This document shows positions 27,265-39,984 of a stretch of 64,000 nucleotides of DNA, piece after piece. Within the stretch, counting starts at the first letter, position 1, and each line of letters begins with the position of its first letter. The position numbers and the translations under genes were made by a program. Origin of the DNA: Octopus sinensis (lineage: Eukaryota); the NCBI RefSeq assembly GCF_006345805.1, contig NC_042999.1:109368001-109432000 (forward strand). The letters run 5' to 3'. The notes beneath the pieces are model-generated. The model was given only the letters and a program-made list of their open reading frames with translations, did no database searches and was not told where the DNA came from.

Positions 27265-27548
27265 GAGCAGTGGACTTACGGTCGAAGGATCATGGGTTCG
27301 AATCTCAGACTGGGTGATGTGTGTGTTTATGAGTGAAACGCCTAAGCTCTATGTGGCTCAGACAGAATGTAATGGTGAATTTCTGCTGACTCCTTCACCA
27401 TGGCTTTCTCTCCCTCTTTCCTCCTGCATCTAGCAGTTCATTTGCGATGGACCAGTGTCCTGTCCAGGTGGGGAACCTATACACCAATGAAACTGGGAAA
27501 CTGGCCCTTATGAACCAGGCATGGCTCGAGAAAGAACAAACAACAACA
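27240..27548 (+). mobile_element. tRNA-derived SINE
   Basis: tggcctagtggttagagc..ggttcgaatctc; (aac)n tail. Confidence 0.85.
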
Positions 27549-28540
27549 ACGTGTCCCTGGTGACTGGTGAGAGAAAGAGAAGTTGTCTACAAACTGGAGA
27601 TTCAACTTGAATGGTCACAACAGAGTGAACTCTAATAAAGCAACTCCAGGGCCAGGTTGAAGTGTTAAGTCTGTTGACAGAAGACACATTAACTCTGTCA
27701 CCCAAGAACTCAGAATACAAAGAGCTGGAATAAATACTATAAAAGGTGTCTAACAATTTTGGCAATCCACTGCTTTGGATTGGTACTATTTTACAGTGAT
27801 CTTGAAAAAGTGCAAAGTAAAGTTGGCTCAGTGTAAATTGAACTCAGTGTACTTGAATCCAGAACAAATTTAATGTTACTGATAACTTTAAGTAATACAT
27901 CATCATCATTTAACTTCCGTTGGCATGTTGAAAGGCCACACCCAGACTCCAGTCTGATTTCGCATGGTTTTCTATAGCTAGATGCCCTTCCTAATGTCAA
28001 CCACTCTGAGAGTGTAATGGGTGCTTTTACGTGTCATTGTCATGGGTGTCATCTGTGTGACACCAGTATCTACCAAAACTGCAATTTTGCTTGGCTTGAT
28101 GGGTCTTCTCAAGCATGACATAATGCCAAAGATGTTGGTCATTGTCTCCGTGAAGCCCAATACTCGAAAGGAACTTGACCACTTTGCTTCCATGAGGCCC
28201 AGTGCTCAAAAGGAACTCAGCCACTCTGCCTCCATAAAGGTAGCATGCTGGGAGAATCATTAGCTTGCTGGGCAAAATGCTTAATGACATTTTGTTTGTC
28301 TTTATGTTCTGAGTTCAAATTTCACCAAGGCCAATTTTACCTTTCATCTTTAGGGTTCATAAAATAAGTACCAGTTAAGCACTGGGTTCAATGTAACTGA
28401 CTTACCCCTCCTCAAAAATTGCTGGCTTTGTACCAAAATTTGAAATCAATATATGTGCTAATGTCGAATTTCCATAATGTATATATTTTGGTAGCATCAT
28501 TCTGCAAGCTCAGGTTTTATAGTTTTCTAGTTTGTTTTAG

Positions 28541-28614
28541 ATATCACGAACAAGGCTATACAGAAACACCACTTCAATATGAAATGAAAGTTCTGTATTT
28601 TACTAGAAACATTG
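28541..28614 (+). pseudogene. Candidate disrupted exon ITNKAIQKHHFNMK*KFCILLETL
   Basis: Acceptor tttgttttag; resembles [21 protein letters not shown] with TGA (28585-28587) at the Trp position; phase does not match the 25716 exon as drawn. Confidence 0.3.
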
Positions 28615-28860
28615 TAATTAAACAGATAAGGAGAAAAAAGAAAAGAAAGAATTTGATTCAGCATACAGTATATTTATTAAAAAAGTGTATTCTACTATAA
28701 TTCTGGGTTGATCAATACATTATTGTTGGTAGATGGAAAATGTTCAGAAGCTTGTCATATGTATGTAGGCCTCTCCCGCCCTCCCACTATCTCTCTTTCT
28801 TTCTTTCTTTCTCTACAGCAAGAGTGTCTTGTGGAGGAAAGTGGGTGAAGACCCACCTGT

Positions 28861-31800
28861 GCATTAGCCAAATCGACTACATCCTTGCCAGAAAAAGGGA
28901 AAGATGGCTGCTTATGAATGCCAAAACCTTCCCAGGCGAAGAATGTACCCCACAACATAGAATGGTAGTCAGTGACTTTAGGATCAGGACTAAGAGGACG
29001 ACTAGAAGACGACCAACATGGAGAAGAAGGGTTGGAAGCTTAAAGATCCTGCTAATGGACAGAGATTTAGAGACATGTTACTTGAAGCCTTCGACGAAAT
29101 AGAAGGGGGCATAGCTACACATGGGGTAGAAGATAACTGGGCGCTTCTAAGGGACAACCTGCTGAAAGCCACTGACCAGATCTGTGGCTGGTGCAAAGTC
29201 CCCACAAGACCCAAAATAACGTGGTGGTGGAACAATACTGTTGATAGGGCTATTAGACAAAAGAAACAGGCTTGGAAGGACTGGAAGAACGGTGGTAGCA
29301 GGGAAGTGTATCAGACTGCAAGAAGGGAAGCTAGGAGGCAGGTTTATTTAGCCAGAGGGGAAGCAGATAGGAAAAAATTTGCCAATGTCCTGCGCCGTGA
29401 GGATGAAAGACTTGAGGTATTTCGTATAGCAAGACAGTGTGTGAGAGAGAATCATGATGTGGTAGGAGAAAAATGTGTTCGCACGGATGACGGCTCACTT
29501 GCGCTAAATGAGGATGCAAAGAGAGAGGTTTGGAGAAGCCACTATGAAAGGTTGCTGAATGAGGAAAATGAATGGGATAAAGAGAGTCTGCCGAATGTTG
29601 ACCCAACAGAGGGACCAGCAATCCGAGTTGACAGTTCCTTAGTAGATAAGGCAATTAAAAGCATGAAAACAGGGAAAGCCCCAGGCCCATCAGGAATTAC
29701 TGCAGAGATGCTCAAAATATCTGGTAGTGTCGGCTATAGCCTAGTCACCCGTATAGTTAACCAGGTGATACACGAAGGAGTCATTCCCAATGACTGGTGT
29801 AGCAGCATAATAGTCAGCTGCTACAAAGGTAAAGGTGACGCCCTAGATACAAATAGCTACAGGGGTATCAAGCTGCTGGATCAGGTAATGAAGGTTACGG
29901 AGAGGGTTATAGCCCAACTAATTAGAGAGAGAGTTAGCCTAGATCAGATGCAGTTTGGGTTCGTGCCAGGGAAAAGTACTACTGATGCTATTTTCATGGT
30001 AAGACAGCTGCAAGAGAAATACCTAGCCAAAGACAAGCCCCTATACCTGGCTTTTGTTGATATGGAGAAAGCCTTCGACAGGGTCCCCCGATCCCTCATC
30101 TGGTGGTCAATGAGGAAACTAGGGATAGATGAATGGTTAGTGAAAGCTGTACAAGCCATGTACAGAGACGCTGCTAGTAAGGTGAGGGTTGGCACCGAGT
30201 ACAGTGAAGAATTCAGGGTAGAGGTTGGGGTCCACCAAGGTTCAGTCCTCAGTCCCCTCCTATTTATCATAGTCCTCCAGGCAATAACGGAGGAATTCAA
30301 GACAGGATGCCCCTGGGAGCTCCTCTATGCTGATGACCTTGCTCTAATTGCTGAGTCTCTATCAGAACTAGAGGAGAAGTTTCAGGTATGGAAACAAGGT
30401 TTAGAATCGAAGGGCCTTAGAATCAACCTAGCCAAAACCAAAGTCCTAATAAGTAGGAAGGTAGACCAATCACAAACGCCTTCAGGTAGATGGCCCTGCT
30501 CGATCTGTAGAAAAGGTGTAGGTAGAAACTCTATAAGATGCACCAAGTGTAAGCTATGGACACATAAGAGGTGCAGCAATGTCAAAGGAAGGCTAACTAG
30601 GAAGATGGTTTTTGTATGTGGCAGATGCTCAGGAACAATTAACACTGAAGATGCTCTGAGACCAACTTCCGTCACTTTCCAGGGAGAAAAGCTAGAAGTA
30701 GTTGATAGTTTCCGTTACCTAGGTGACCAAGTCAGTAGCGGGGGCGGGTGCACTGAGAGTATAACTGCTAGAGTAAGAATAGCCTGGGCAAAGTTTAGAG
30801 AGCTCTTACCTCTGCTGGTGACAAAAGGCCTCTCGCTCAAAGTAAAAGGCAGACTGTATGATGCATGTGTACGTACAGCCATGCTACATGGTAGTGAAAC
30901 TTGGGCTGTGACTGCTGAGGATTTGCGTAAGCTCGCAAGAAATGAAGCTAGTATGCTCCGATGGATGTGTAACGTCAGTGTTCATAATCGACAGAGTGTA
31001 AGTACCTTGAGAGAAAAGTTGAACCTAAGAAGTATCAGTTGTTGTGTGCAAGAGAGACGTATGTGCTGGTATGGTCATGTGATGAGAATGGCTGAAGATA
31101 GTTGTGTGCGAAAGTGCCACACCCTGGCAGTTGAGGGGACCTGTGGAAGAGGTAGACCCAGGAAAACCTGGGTCGAGGCGGTGAAGCACGACCTTCGAAC
31201 TTTAGGTCTCACCAAGGAAATGACCAGTGACCGAGACCTTTGGAGGTATGCTGTGCGTGAGAAAACCCGGCAAGACCAGTGAGAACAGTCAAAATCAAGA
31301 TCAAACCAAATTGAGGTCGATCAACATCAGGGCCCCCGTGCAGGTGACACGTAAAAGTACCATCCGTTCGTAGCCGTTCGCCAGCCCTGTCTGGCCCCCG
31401 TGTAGGTGGCACATAAAAGCACCATCCGTTCGTGTTCGTTGCCAGCCTGGCCTGGCCCCCGTGCCGGTGACACGTAAAAGTACCATCCGTTTGTGGCCGT
31501 TTGCCAGCTCTGTCTGGCCCCCGTGCCGGTGACACGTAAAAGCACCATCCGTTCGTGGCCGTTTGCCAGCTCTGTCTGGGCCCCGTGCCGGTGACACGTA
31601 AAAGCACCATCTGTTCGTGGCCGTTTGCCAGCCCTGTCTGGCCCCCATGTCGGTGACATGTAAAAGCACCATCCGTTCGTGTCCGTTGCCAGCCTCGCCT
31701 GGCCCCCGTGCTGGTGACACGTAAAAGCACCATCCGTTCGTGGCCGTTTGCCAGCCCTGTCTGGCCCCCATGTCGGTGGCATGTAAAAGCACCATCCGTT

Positions 31801-32205
31801 CGTGCCCGTTGCCAGCCTCGCCTGGCCCCCGTGCCGGTGACACGTAAAAGCACCATCCGTTCGTGGCCGTTTGCCAGCTCTGTCTGGCCCCGTGTTGGTG
31901 GCACGTAAAAGCACCATCCGTTCGTGTCCGTTGCCAGCCTCGCCTGGCCCCCGTGCCGGTGACACGTAAAAGCACCATCCGTTCGTGGCCGTTGCCAGCT
32001 CTGTCTGGCACCTGTGCAGGTGGCACGTTAAAAGCACCCACTACACTCACGGAGTGGTTGGCGTTAGGAAGGGCATCCAGCCGTAGAAACACTGCCAGAT
32101 CTGACTGGGCCTGATGAAGCCTTCCAGCTTCACAGACCCCAGTTGAACCGTCCAACCCATGCTAGCATGGAGAACGGACGCTAAATGATGATGATGATGA
32201 TGATA
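28861..32205 (+). mobile_element. 5'-truncated young RTE-clade LINE: end of endonuclease, RT ORF 29018-31282, 3' UTR minisatellite, (TGA)n tail
   Basis: SQIDYIL endonuclease end; RT motifs KAPGPSGI, YRGIKLL, QFGF, FVDMEKAFD, GVHQGSVLSP, YADD, FRYLG; one frameshift near 29030; tail tgatgatga at ~32186-32203. Confidence 0.95.
31331..32030 (+). repeat. GC-rich ~61-62-bp minisatellite (11 units plus a terminal unit) in the RTE 3' UTR
   Basis: Unit ggcccccgtgccggtgacacgtaaaagcaccatccgttcgtggccgtttgccagctctgtct with two recurring variants. Confidence 0.95.
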
Positions 32206-32219
32206 TATATATATATATA

Positions 32220-32981
32220 TAACCACTGGGCCGTGTGCCTGCACAAGGACGAGTGGGACGGAATAAATAAGTAGCATGCATGTATCTGTGTCTGTGTTTG
32301 TCCTCAAACCAGTGTGTGTTTGATTATGTCCCCCAAACTTAGCAGGTCAGCAAAAGGAGCAGATAAAATAAGTACCAGGCTTGAAAAGAAAAAAGAACAT
32401 ACTAGGGTAAATTCATTCAACTAAAATTTTTCAAGGCAGTGCACCAACATGGCTGCAGTCCTATGATTGGAACAAGTAAAACATAGAATAGTACTCACTT
32501 TATTTCTCTGATTAATAAAGAATAATCATGTACACATTAAGGACATTAAGTGAGGAGCTTATTTTCAAAACCGGTATAAGTGCATATTCAGTTGATTTCA
32601 TATCGATTAAAACACGATCTACAAGCTGTTGGTTTCATGCATATGAAATTTTTTGCAGCAGTCCTTCAGTTTTTCTAAGCCCTGTAAAAGAACTTGGAAG
32701 GTGGGGCCCCCAACCAGACCTTTCATGATACCCTTTAAACCAGGAACTTTCCAGCACTCCCTCATATGGAGTTACTTTCTCTTAGCTGAGCATCCATTTA
32801 ATGAGCTGAAAGGGCCCTCCAAGGGTAGTTCTGTGACATGCTAATTAACCAATAAGTGGGACCCAGACAGGTGTTACTGCTCTGGGGCCAGGTGGCTAAG
32901 AGATGGTTCCACACTCCTCAAAACCCTGGATTCCTAAACCAGAGCCCCACTACCAGATGTAATTTAAAGACTTGCTGGCTT
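32220..32981. repeat. Right copy of the inverted duplication
   Basis: Begins immediately after the RTE tail and (TA)n. Confidence 0.95.
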
Positions 32982-32984
32982 ATG

Positions 32985-33625
32985 AAGCTTGCATTTTCTG
33001 TTTGTCTGTTTGTGATTCTGCTATACCTCTTGTGTATCCATAGCTTACATTGAATACAGCATCTGGAGTTTATACCTACTCCTTTCCTGCATATAGAGCA
33101 AGGCCATCGCCTTGACAATACCAGTTTCCTGTCTTCTCTCCTACTTACTAATTTAACCTCAAGACTCTAGGATTAACTTTCAAGCTTAGAATTTTCTCTC
33201 TAATTCCCCTATAGAATCAGCTATAGAAACTAGATTATCAGCATTAAGGAAATCCTATAGACAGCCAGTCTTAAACTCCTCTGTAATGGCCTGGAGGATT
33301 ATGATGAATAGGAGAGGAGTAGAGACTGGGCTTTGATGAACTCTACTCTCATGCTAAATTCTCTACTGAAATTTTTAACACTAACTTTACTCACTACATC
33401 TTTCAACATAGATTGTACAGCCCCAACAAACCTTTCATCTACATCTAGTTTCCTCAGGGACTATCAAATCACTGAACATGGTACCTAGTTAAATGCCTTC
33501 TCCAAGCCAGTGAACATCAGCAATAGTGGTTTACACTTAGCAAAGTATTTCTCCTGCACTTGCTGCTCTAGAAATATTGTGAATTTCTTCCAGGCATCAT
33601 GCCAAACTGCATTTCATCTAGTTCT
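32985..33625 (-). mobile_element. Decayed RTE fragment including the PHD-like region
   Basis: WPCSICRKGVGINS..QCKLWIHKR. Confidence 0.8.
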
Positions 33626-33728
33626 AGATGCTCTAACACCCATGTACATGCATGATATAATAATCCTCATCCAAATTTGCATTGTGTTTAACATTCATTT
33701 ATTTAAGTTGGCTGATTCATTACATTAA

Positions 33729-33939
33729 TCCTTTCGATACCAACCTGGCTGAAACTGCCTCTGGCTCTGTAGTACATATGCCTTGTTTCCATAAGTTCTG
33801 AATTAAAATCTTTCACCAAACCTTAGTCACAGTTTATGTTCTTAATGATAACCAAGTTATTTTACTAACTTCTTTATTATATTTAAAATTAATTGAAAGA
33901 AACATAGAGCATCTCAAAATAAATATGGTAATGAAAGGG
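33729..33939. mobile_element. piggyBac-type MITE, same family, opposite orientation
   Basis: TTAA flanks; reverse complement of 37134. Confidence 0.85.
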
Positions 33940-36011
33940 TTAAGATGAAACTTAATGAGACAGTTTTGCTATGCACTTCCTGTCACCTACCTTCACCTGT
34001 TTTTCAAGTAAGGTATATCTTTTCTACTTGCCATTACATGGCAAAAACTGATGGGAATTTTGCTTACAGAAAAAAATAATAAACATTATCAAAAAAAATC
34101 ACCATTTTTACTCAAACAATATTAATGAAGACACATGAAATCATGATTCACAGATGCATGCACATACACTCACACATAATGCACATATACACACATGCAT
34201 GCATGCGCACACACATATCATATGTCCACACACTCACACACACACATACACGCTCACATGTTGATTATATCAAAAGTTAATACTTTGCTCTGAGTTTTAT
34301 CATAGGGAGTTTATGACTGAAATGTATTATAAAATTTTCACAACTCATAACCTTTCTAATTATGTGTGTATGTGTGTGTGTGTGCATGAGCACACACACA
34401 CACACAATGGTGGTGATGACTGCAAAGAAAGATTACTCCATACCTGAAGTGTTATTAGCTTGGTCAGAGTCATACACTATGTGTGGTACACACCACAAAA
34501 TTTATCTCAGTCATTCAGCTTGCAATCTTTGAGATGGAAGTACTCTGAATTGGCTGTTTTCAAATGATGTACCATGGATTTAAAAGGCATATAACATATA
34601 TATATATAGGTCCCAGAGTTTATTGTGGCATGTGTAAATGGGTCTGTGTGTTTTATATTTGGTATCTACCAATCAAAAACGGCCCACACACACAAACATA
34701 TGTATATACACACACACACATAGAGATGTGCACAGAGACACACACACTCACACCATTCTGACCTTTGAGACCAGTCCCCAAAACCACTGAACCGTGACAG
34801 ACTAACCCAGAAACCAAAAAATCCTTTTAATTCCATATTGCTCTTCCTTCCCCCACCCCAACCAACCTTCCACACTGTCCCTTAAAATAGCAAACAATCC
34901 TTAGCTACACACACGACAAAAAATGCCAGAAGATAGGTTGGTTCCTCTCGAATTCTTTGTAAACTCTTAAATGTATCTCCTTCTGTGTATATATATACTA
35001 CCAAACAAACAGGATTTTTATTGAACTCCTAATACTTTTTGTTGAATATTTTCTTAAATACTTTCTTGTAAACTGTTTTTAACATTTTCTTATTATTATC
35101 AAAGAATGTATATCAGTATTTTGATACTTTTGTGACAACCAGTACTTAACACAACAAAGCTTTACATTTTACTTCTGACAATCTTTTTCTAAAAAAGTGA
35201 AACCGGTCAAGTGAATACACATCTCTAAAATTGCATTTTCAAACCTTCTTTCATATATATTTCCACTTGTGCAGTACCTTACAAGTTCACTTTGATATAT
35301 ATATATATGTGTGTGTGTATATATATATATATATGTATGTATGTATATATGTAGCAGCACATGCAGATGAAAATGAATTCAAAATATCATGTAGAGCGTA
35401 AACACTATTTTCCTCTAATGGAAAATTACATAAGAGACTAAAGAATTAAATGTATGTCATGAAATTCTAAGCCTTAGGGTCACAATAAATCCATCCATCC
35501 ATCCATCCAGCTAGCCAGCTACCCACCTACCTACCCACCCACCTACCAACCTTTCTACCTATCTATTATCTATCTATCTAGCTGTTTGTCTGTCTGTCTG
35601 TGTATCTATCTACCTATACATTATATATATATATATACACTATGTATATATATATATACTTGGTGACCCTGCCAGTGCTGGTGCCACGTAAAAAGCATCC
35701 AGTCAACACTACAAAGTGGTTGGCATTTGGAAGGGCATCCAGCTGTAAAAACCATGTCAAAACTGACCTTGTTTGTGCACTAACTCCACTCTGTAGGGTG
35801 GTCAGTGTTAAGAAGAGCATTCAGCTGGGAAAACCATGCCAAACCAAGCCCAGAAATTTGTTCCAGTCTTCTGCCTGGTCAGCTTCTTTCAAACCATCTA
35901 ACCCATGCCAGCATGGAAGGCAGATATTAAACAATAATGATGGGTGATGACGTAGGTTTATGTATTTGTTCTGTAAGATTTCTGGTGTGAAATTGCTTGT
36001 TGAAACAGGTA

Positions 36012-36341
36012 TTGTTATATTTTGGGATGGTCATTTGTATTTTGTTATTTTTGCCAAATAAATGTACTATATATTTGTTTTTCACTTCAGATTTACTCTA
36101 TTATTGTTCATATCCTATGTCCTTGGGAATACTTTCATCATACATCCTGTGACCTCCTGTTCTGTTTAGTCAATTCTCTATAAAGCGGGATGGAAAGTCT
36201 CTGAAGAGGTCACAGGATGTGTGCTGAAAGATTTCCAAAGGGCATAAAATATGAACAATAATAAAATAAATCTGATGCGAAGAACAAATATATAGTAGAT
36301 TTATTTAGCAAAAAAAAAATGATTATCCCAAAATATAACAA
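36012..36341. repeat. Foldback hairpin with ~145-bp arms
   Basis: ttgttatattttgggat..acatcctgtgacctc / gaggtcacaggatgt..atcccaaaatataacaa; partial copy at 37545-37630. Confidence 0.9.
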
Positions 36342-36534
36342 CACACATACACACACACACACACACACACATACATACATACATAGATATAGATATATAT
36401 ACATATATATAATTATCAAAGTTGGGAGATAAGTCCTGGTAGATATAAAGTACGTCTCAGAAGAGTACTGAAGAACATCTAGTATTTCCAACAGTTACTT
36501 TTGTCTTAATATATGATGTACATAGGTCCAGAGA

Positions 36535-36710
36535 ATATAAAACAAAGTTAACAATGGAAAATTAGCATATTAATTAATTATTTATTTATTCTTATATCTA
36601 TAAAATCCATAAAATATAGACATTAATAAATAAATAAAATATCTGATACATGTACCAGCTGATATAATTAATATACCAATTTTCCATTGTTAACTTTGGT
36701 TATTTATATA
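36535..36710. repeat. Small AT-rich foldback
   Basis: aaagttaacaatggaaaatt / aattttccattgttaacttt. Confidence 0.8.
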
Positions 36711-36894
36711 TATATATAAATGTAAGATCCAGGGGTGTAGGAAGAAAGTTAGCTTGAAGTTATTCATAGTAAATATAAAAAAACAACTTGCAGGGTCAAT
36801 AGTGGTTTATTTAGATATAAGGATGTGGTTTATTTTCATATCATCATATCAAAGAACAGTAAGCTGAAAAAAGTTCTTTTATATTCCACAGTAG

Positions 36895-37035
36895 GTGACC
36901 AGGGTTACCCGGTGTGTAAATAAGAATACAAGAGTTACAGAATGGAGTAGGAAAGATCCAAGCTACATATATTTCATAGTGAACAGAATCTCAGAAGTGG
37001 TAAAATCCAAGTGAGGTATATACTGCCAGCTACAC
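36895..37035 (+). pseudogene. Candidate disrupted exon ..EWSRKDPSYIYFIVNRISEVVKSK*GIYCQLH
   Basis: Acceptor ttcttttatattccacagtag; resemblance to [27 protein letters not shown] continues across TGA 37012-37014. Confidence 0.35.
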
Positions 37036-37133
37036 TGCAGGCTAAGGATATTTTGATTAGATTAAAGGTTACATTGTCATAAGGAGGTACATGCTGATGC
37101 AAGGAAGATTCAGTCAGAATATGTAACCTTTAA

Positions 37134-37354
37134 CCCTTTCGTTACTGAATTTATTTTGAGATGCTCTGTGTTTCTTTCAATTAATTTGAAATATAACAAA
37201 GAATTTAGTAAAATAACTTGGTTATCATTAAGCTAGTGTTAGGAACATAAATTATGACTAAGGTTTGGTGGAAGATTTTAATTCAAAACTTATGGAAACA
37301 AGACATTTGTACTCAGTACCAGAGCTGGTTTCAGCCGGGTTGGTAACGAAAGGG
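37134..37354. mobile_element. piggyBac-type MITE
   Basis: TTAA-ccctttcgttac...gtaacgaaaggg-TTAA. Confidence 0.9.
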
Positions 37355-37507
37355 TTAATTCAGTTAAGATATCCTTGGCTTGAAGAGTAGCCGGCAATAT
37401 ACAATCACTTAGATTTTACCACTTTTGAGGTTACACTCACTATGAAACATATGTAACCTGGATGGATCTTTCCTATTCCATAACTCTTGAATATATATGC
37501 ATATGTA

Positions 37508-37541
<34 letters not shown>

Positions 37542-38279
37542 GTTATATTGTTATATTTGGGGATGGTCATCTATTGTCAATTAAACACATGTGCTATTTA
37601 TCTTCATTTTAGCTTTATTATTATTATTATTAGTAGTAGTAGTTATTTGTCAGACTTCCTTCATCATTCTTTCTCTCCCTTGTGTCTCCTCTTGTCCTCT
37701 CTATTCTATTTTGACTTTCTGCAGTATGTATCCCTGTCTGCACATGTGTTTAAGTCTGTGTCTGTGTGTCTACATGATGTTTATAGATTTACGTGCATGT
37801 ATGCATGTGAATGTGTGTATGTGTGTGTGTCTATGTGTCTCAGTGTTTAGTATGAGTATGTGTGTCTTTTGTACATATTTAATGGCTTGTATATTACACT
37901 GTTTGAATCTGTGTGTCTCTTATTTATTTGTTTATTTATTTATTTATCCCCCCACCCGCATTCGGTCTTTAGCTGTCAGGTTGCACTGTGTGGTGGAGTG
38001 GAAGGGGTTATTACTCCATTCACATTTTCTGTTGAGGCTGTCAAAAACCTTACAAACAAACATATATATGTGTGTGTGTGTGTGTGTGTGCATTTATATA
38101 AATAATATAGGTGCAGAAGTGGCTATGTGGTAAGGAGGTTGCTTCCCAACCACGTAGTTCCAGGTTCAGTCACACAGCAGTGCAGCTTGGGCAAGTGTCT
38201 TCTACTATAGCTTAAGGCCGACCAAAGCCTTGTGAATGGATTTGGTAGACTGAAACTGAAACAAGCCCATCGTGTGTAT

Positions 38280-38326
<47 letters not shown>

Positions 38327-38614
38327 GTATATATATATCTATGCATGTGTGTCTGTATTTGTCCTTCTACATCACTACTTGACAACTGGTGTTGGTGTGT
38401 TTATGTCCCTGTAACTTAGTTGTTCAGCAAAAGAAACCAATAGAAAAGAAACCAGGCTTAACATATAAGTACTGAGTTGATTCATTTGACTACAAATTCG
38501 AGGCAGTGCCCCACCTTGGCCACAGCCTAATGAATGAAACAGGTAAGAGATAAAATATATATATATATATATATATGTACACATTTATTATAACTGAAAG
38601 GCTCTGATTTCCAG

Positions 38615-38647
38615 TTCTCAGAGTTGCGCATTTCCAATCATCAGCTG
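38615..38647 (+). CDS. Candidate 33-nt exon LRVAHFQSSA (phase 1 to 1)
   Basis: Acceptor ctctgatttccag, donor CTG|GTGAGC. Confidence 0.5.
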
Positions 38648-39984
38648 GTGAGCTGAGCCTGTTTTTTTTTCCTGAATATCCATTGTCTGAATATTTTTTG
38701 AAATATGAAATGAAAGTTTGAAGGAAACACTTATCTTTATGTTCTTTCATTTAAAAATCATTTGTGAATGACACATGTGAAAATGACGGCATCAGGCTCA
38801 CATGTTTGATTTCATTTCTGGTTTTTCTGCTAATATTGTTATAGATGTCAAAAACTCCATACAATCGTAGTCATGAAATTGTGTTCTTGCTTAAGCAGTG
38901 ATCTAAAATAATACTTCTAGGTAATATTTTTAATTAATACTTTTGAAGGATGTTTTTAAAGACAATGAGTGTGTACACTGGTGTTCATTTTGTATACCCC
39001 TGTGCAGTAGTAGTTCTGCTTAGAAACAGAGCCTGGTTTTCTTTTCTACTGGTATTAAGTCCGGTAATTCATCACTTTAGGTGAATCAACAGATACACAC
39101 ATGTACATACATGCATGCACACACACATGTATACACACGCCCACTGTTTAATGACTGAAACCAATAAAAGAGTAAAAAGAGTATATATATATATTTTTTT
39201 TCTCTCTTTATTTTCTCTCCTTGTTTCTTTCTGTGTTCCTTTCTGTGGAAGAGCATAGGCTTGAAACGTTAAAGACTTTTTCACTTCCTGAGTGTTAAAC
39301 TAATACATCTGTTTGTTGTTTACACCACCTGTCTTTTTGTTTTGTCTTTTTGTAAATTCTCCCTATATATATATATATATATATCATGATGGTAGCATGC
39401 AAAGACACCCATTACACTCTCAGTGTGGTTGGCATCAGGAAGGGCATCCAGCTATAGAAACTATGCCAAATCAGACTGGAGTCTCGCACATCCCCTCACC
39501 TTGCTAACCCTGGTGAAACTGTGCAACCCATGCCAGCATGGGCAACGGGCATTAAATGAGGATGATGATGATGATGAGGTCATTGCGAGTACCACCTGAC
39601 TGGCCCCTGTGCCGGTGGCACGTAAAAAGCACCCACTACACTCTCGGAGTGGTTGGCGTTAGGAAGGGCATCCAGCTGTAGAAACTCTGCCAGATCAAGA
39701 TTGCACCCCAATCATGTAGTTTCAGGTCCAGTCCCACTGCAAGGCCTCCTGGGCAAGTGTCTTTATCTATAGCCCTGGACTAACCAAAGCCTTGTGAGTG
39801 GAAATGGCAGCCAGAAACTGAAAGAAGCACATCGTATACACACACAGACACACACGTATGTATTTTTTTTTTTTTTGCTTGTTTCAGCTCAGAGCTGTGG
39901 CCATGCTGATGCACCATCGTTTGTATACATACTTATGTGTGTGTGTGTATACGATAGGCTTCTTTCAGTTTCTGTCTACCATTT

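Noticed and set aside
31331-32030. CRISPR-like array
   Set aside because: Contiguous tandem units without unique spacers, inside a eukaryotic LINE, no cas genes.
31209-32155. Three long ORFs (231-284 aa) on the minus strand; similar ORFs at 13113-13597 and 40485-40883
   Set aside because: They arise from a stop-poor GC-rich minisatellite; the peptides are periodic, with no independent sign of coding.
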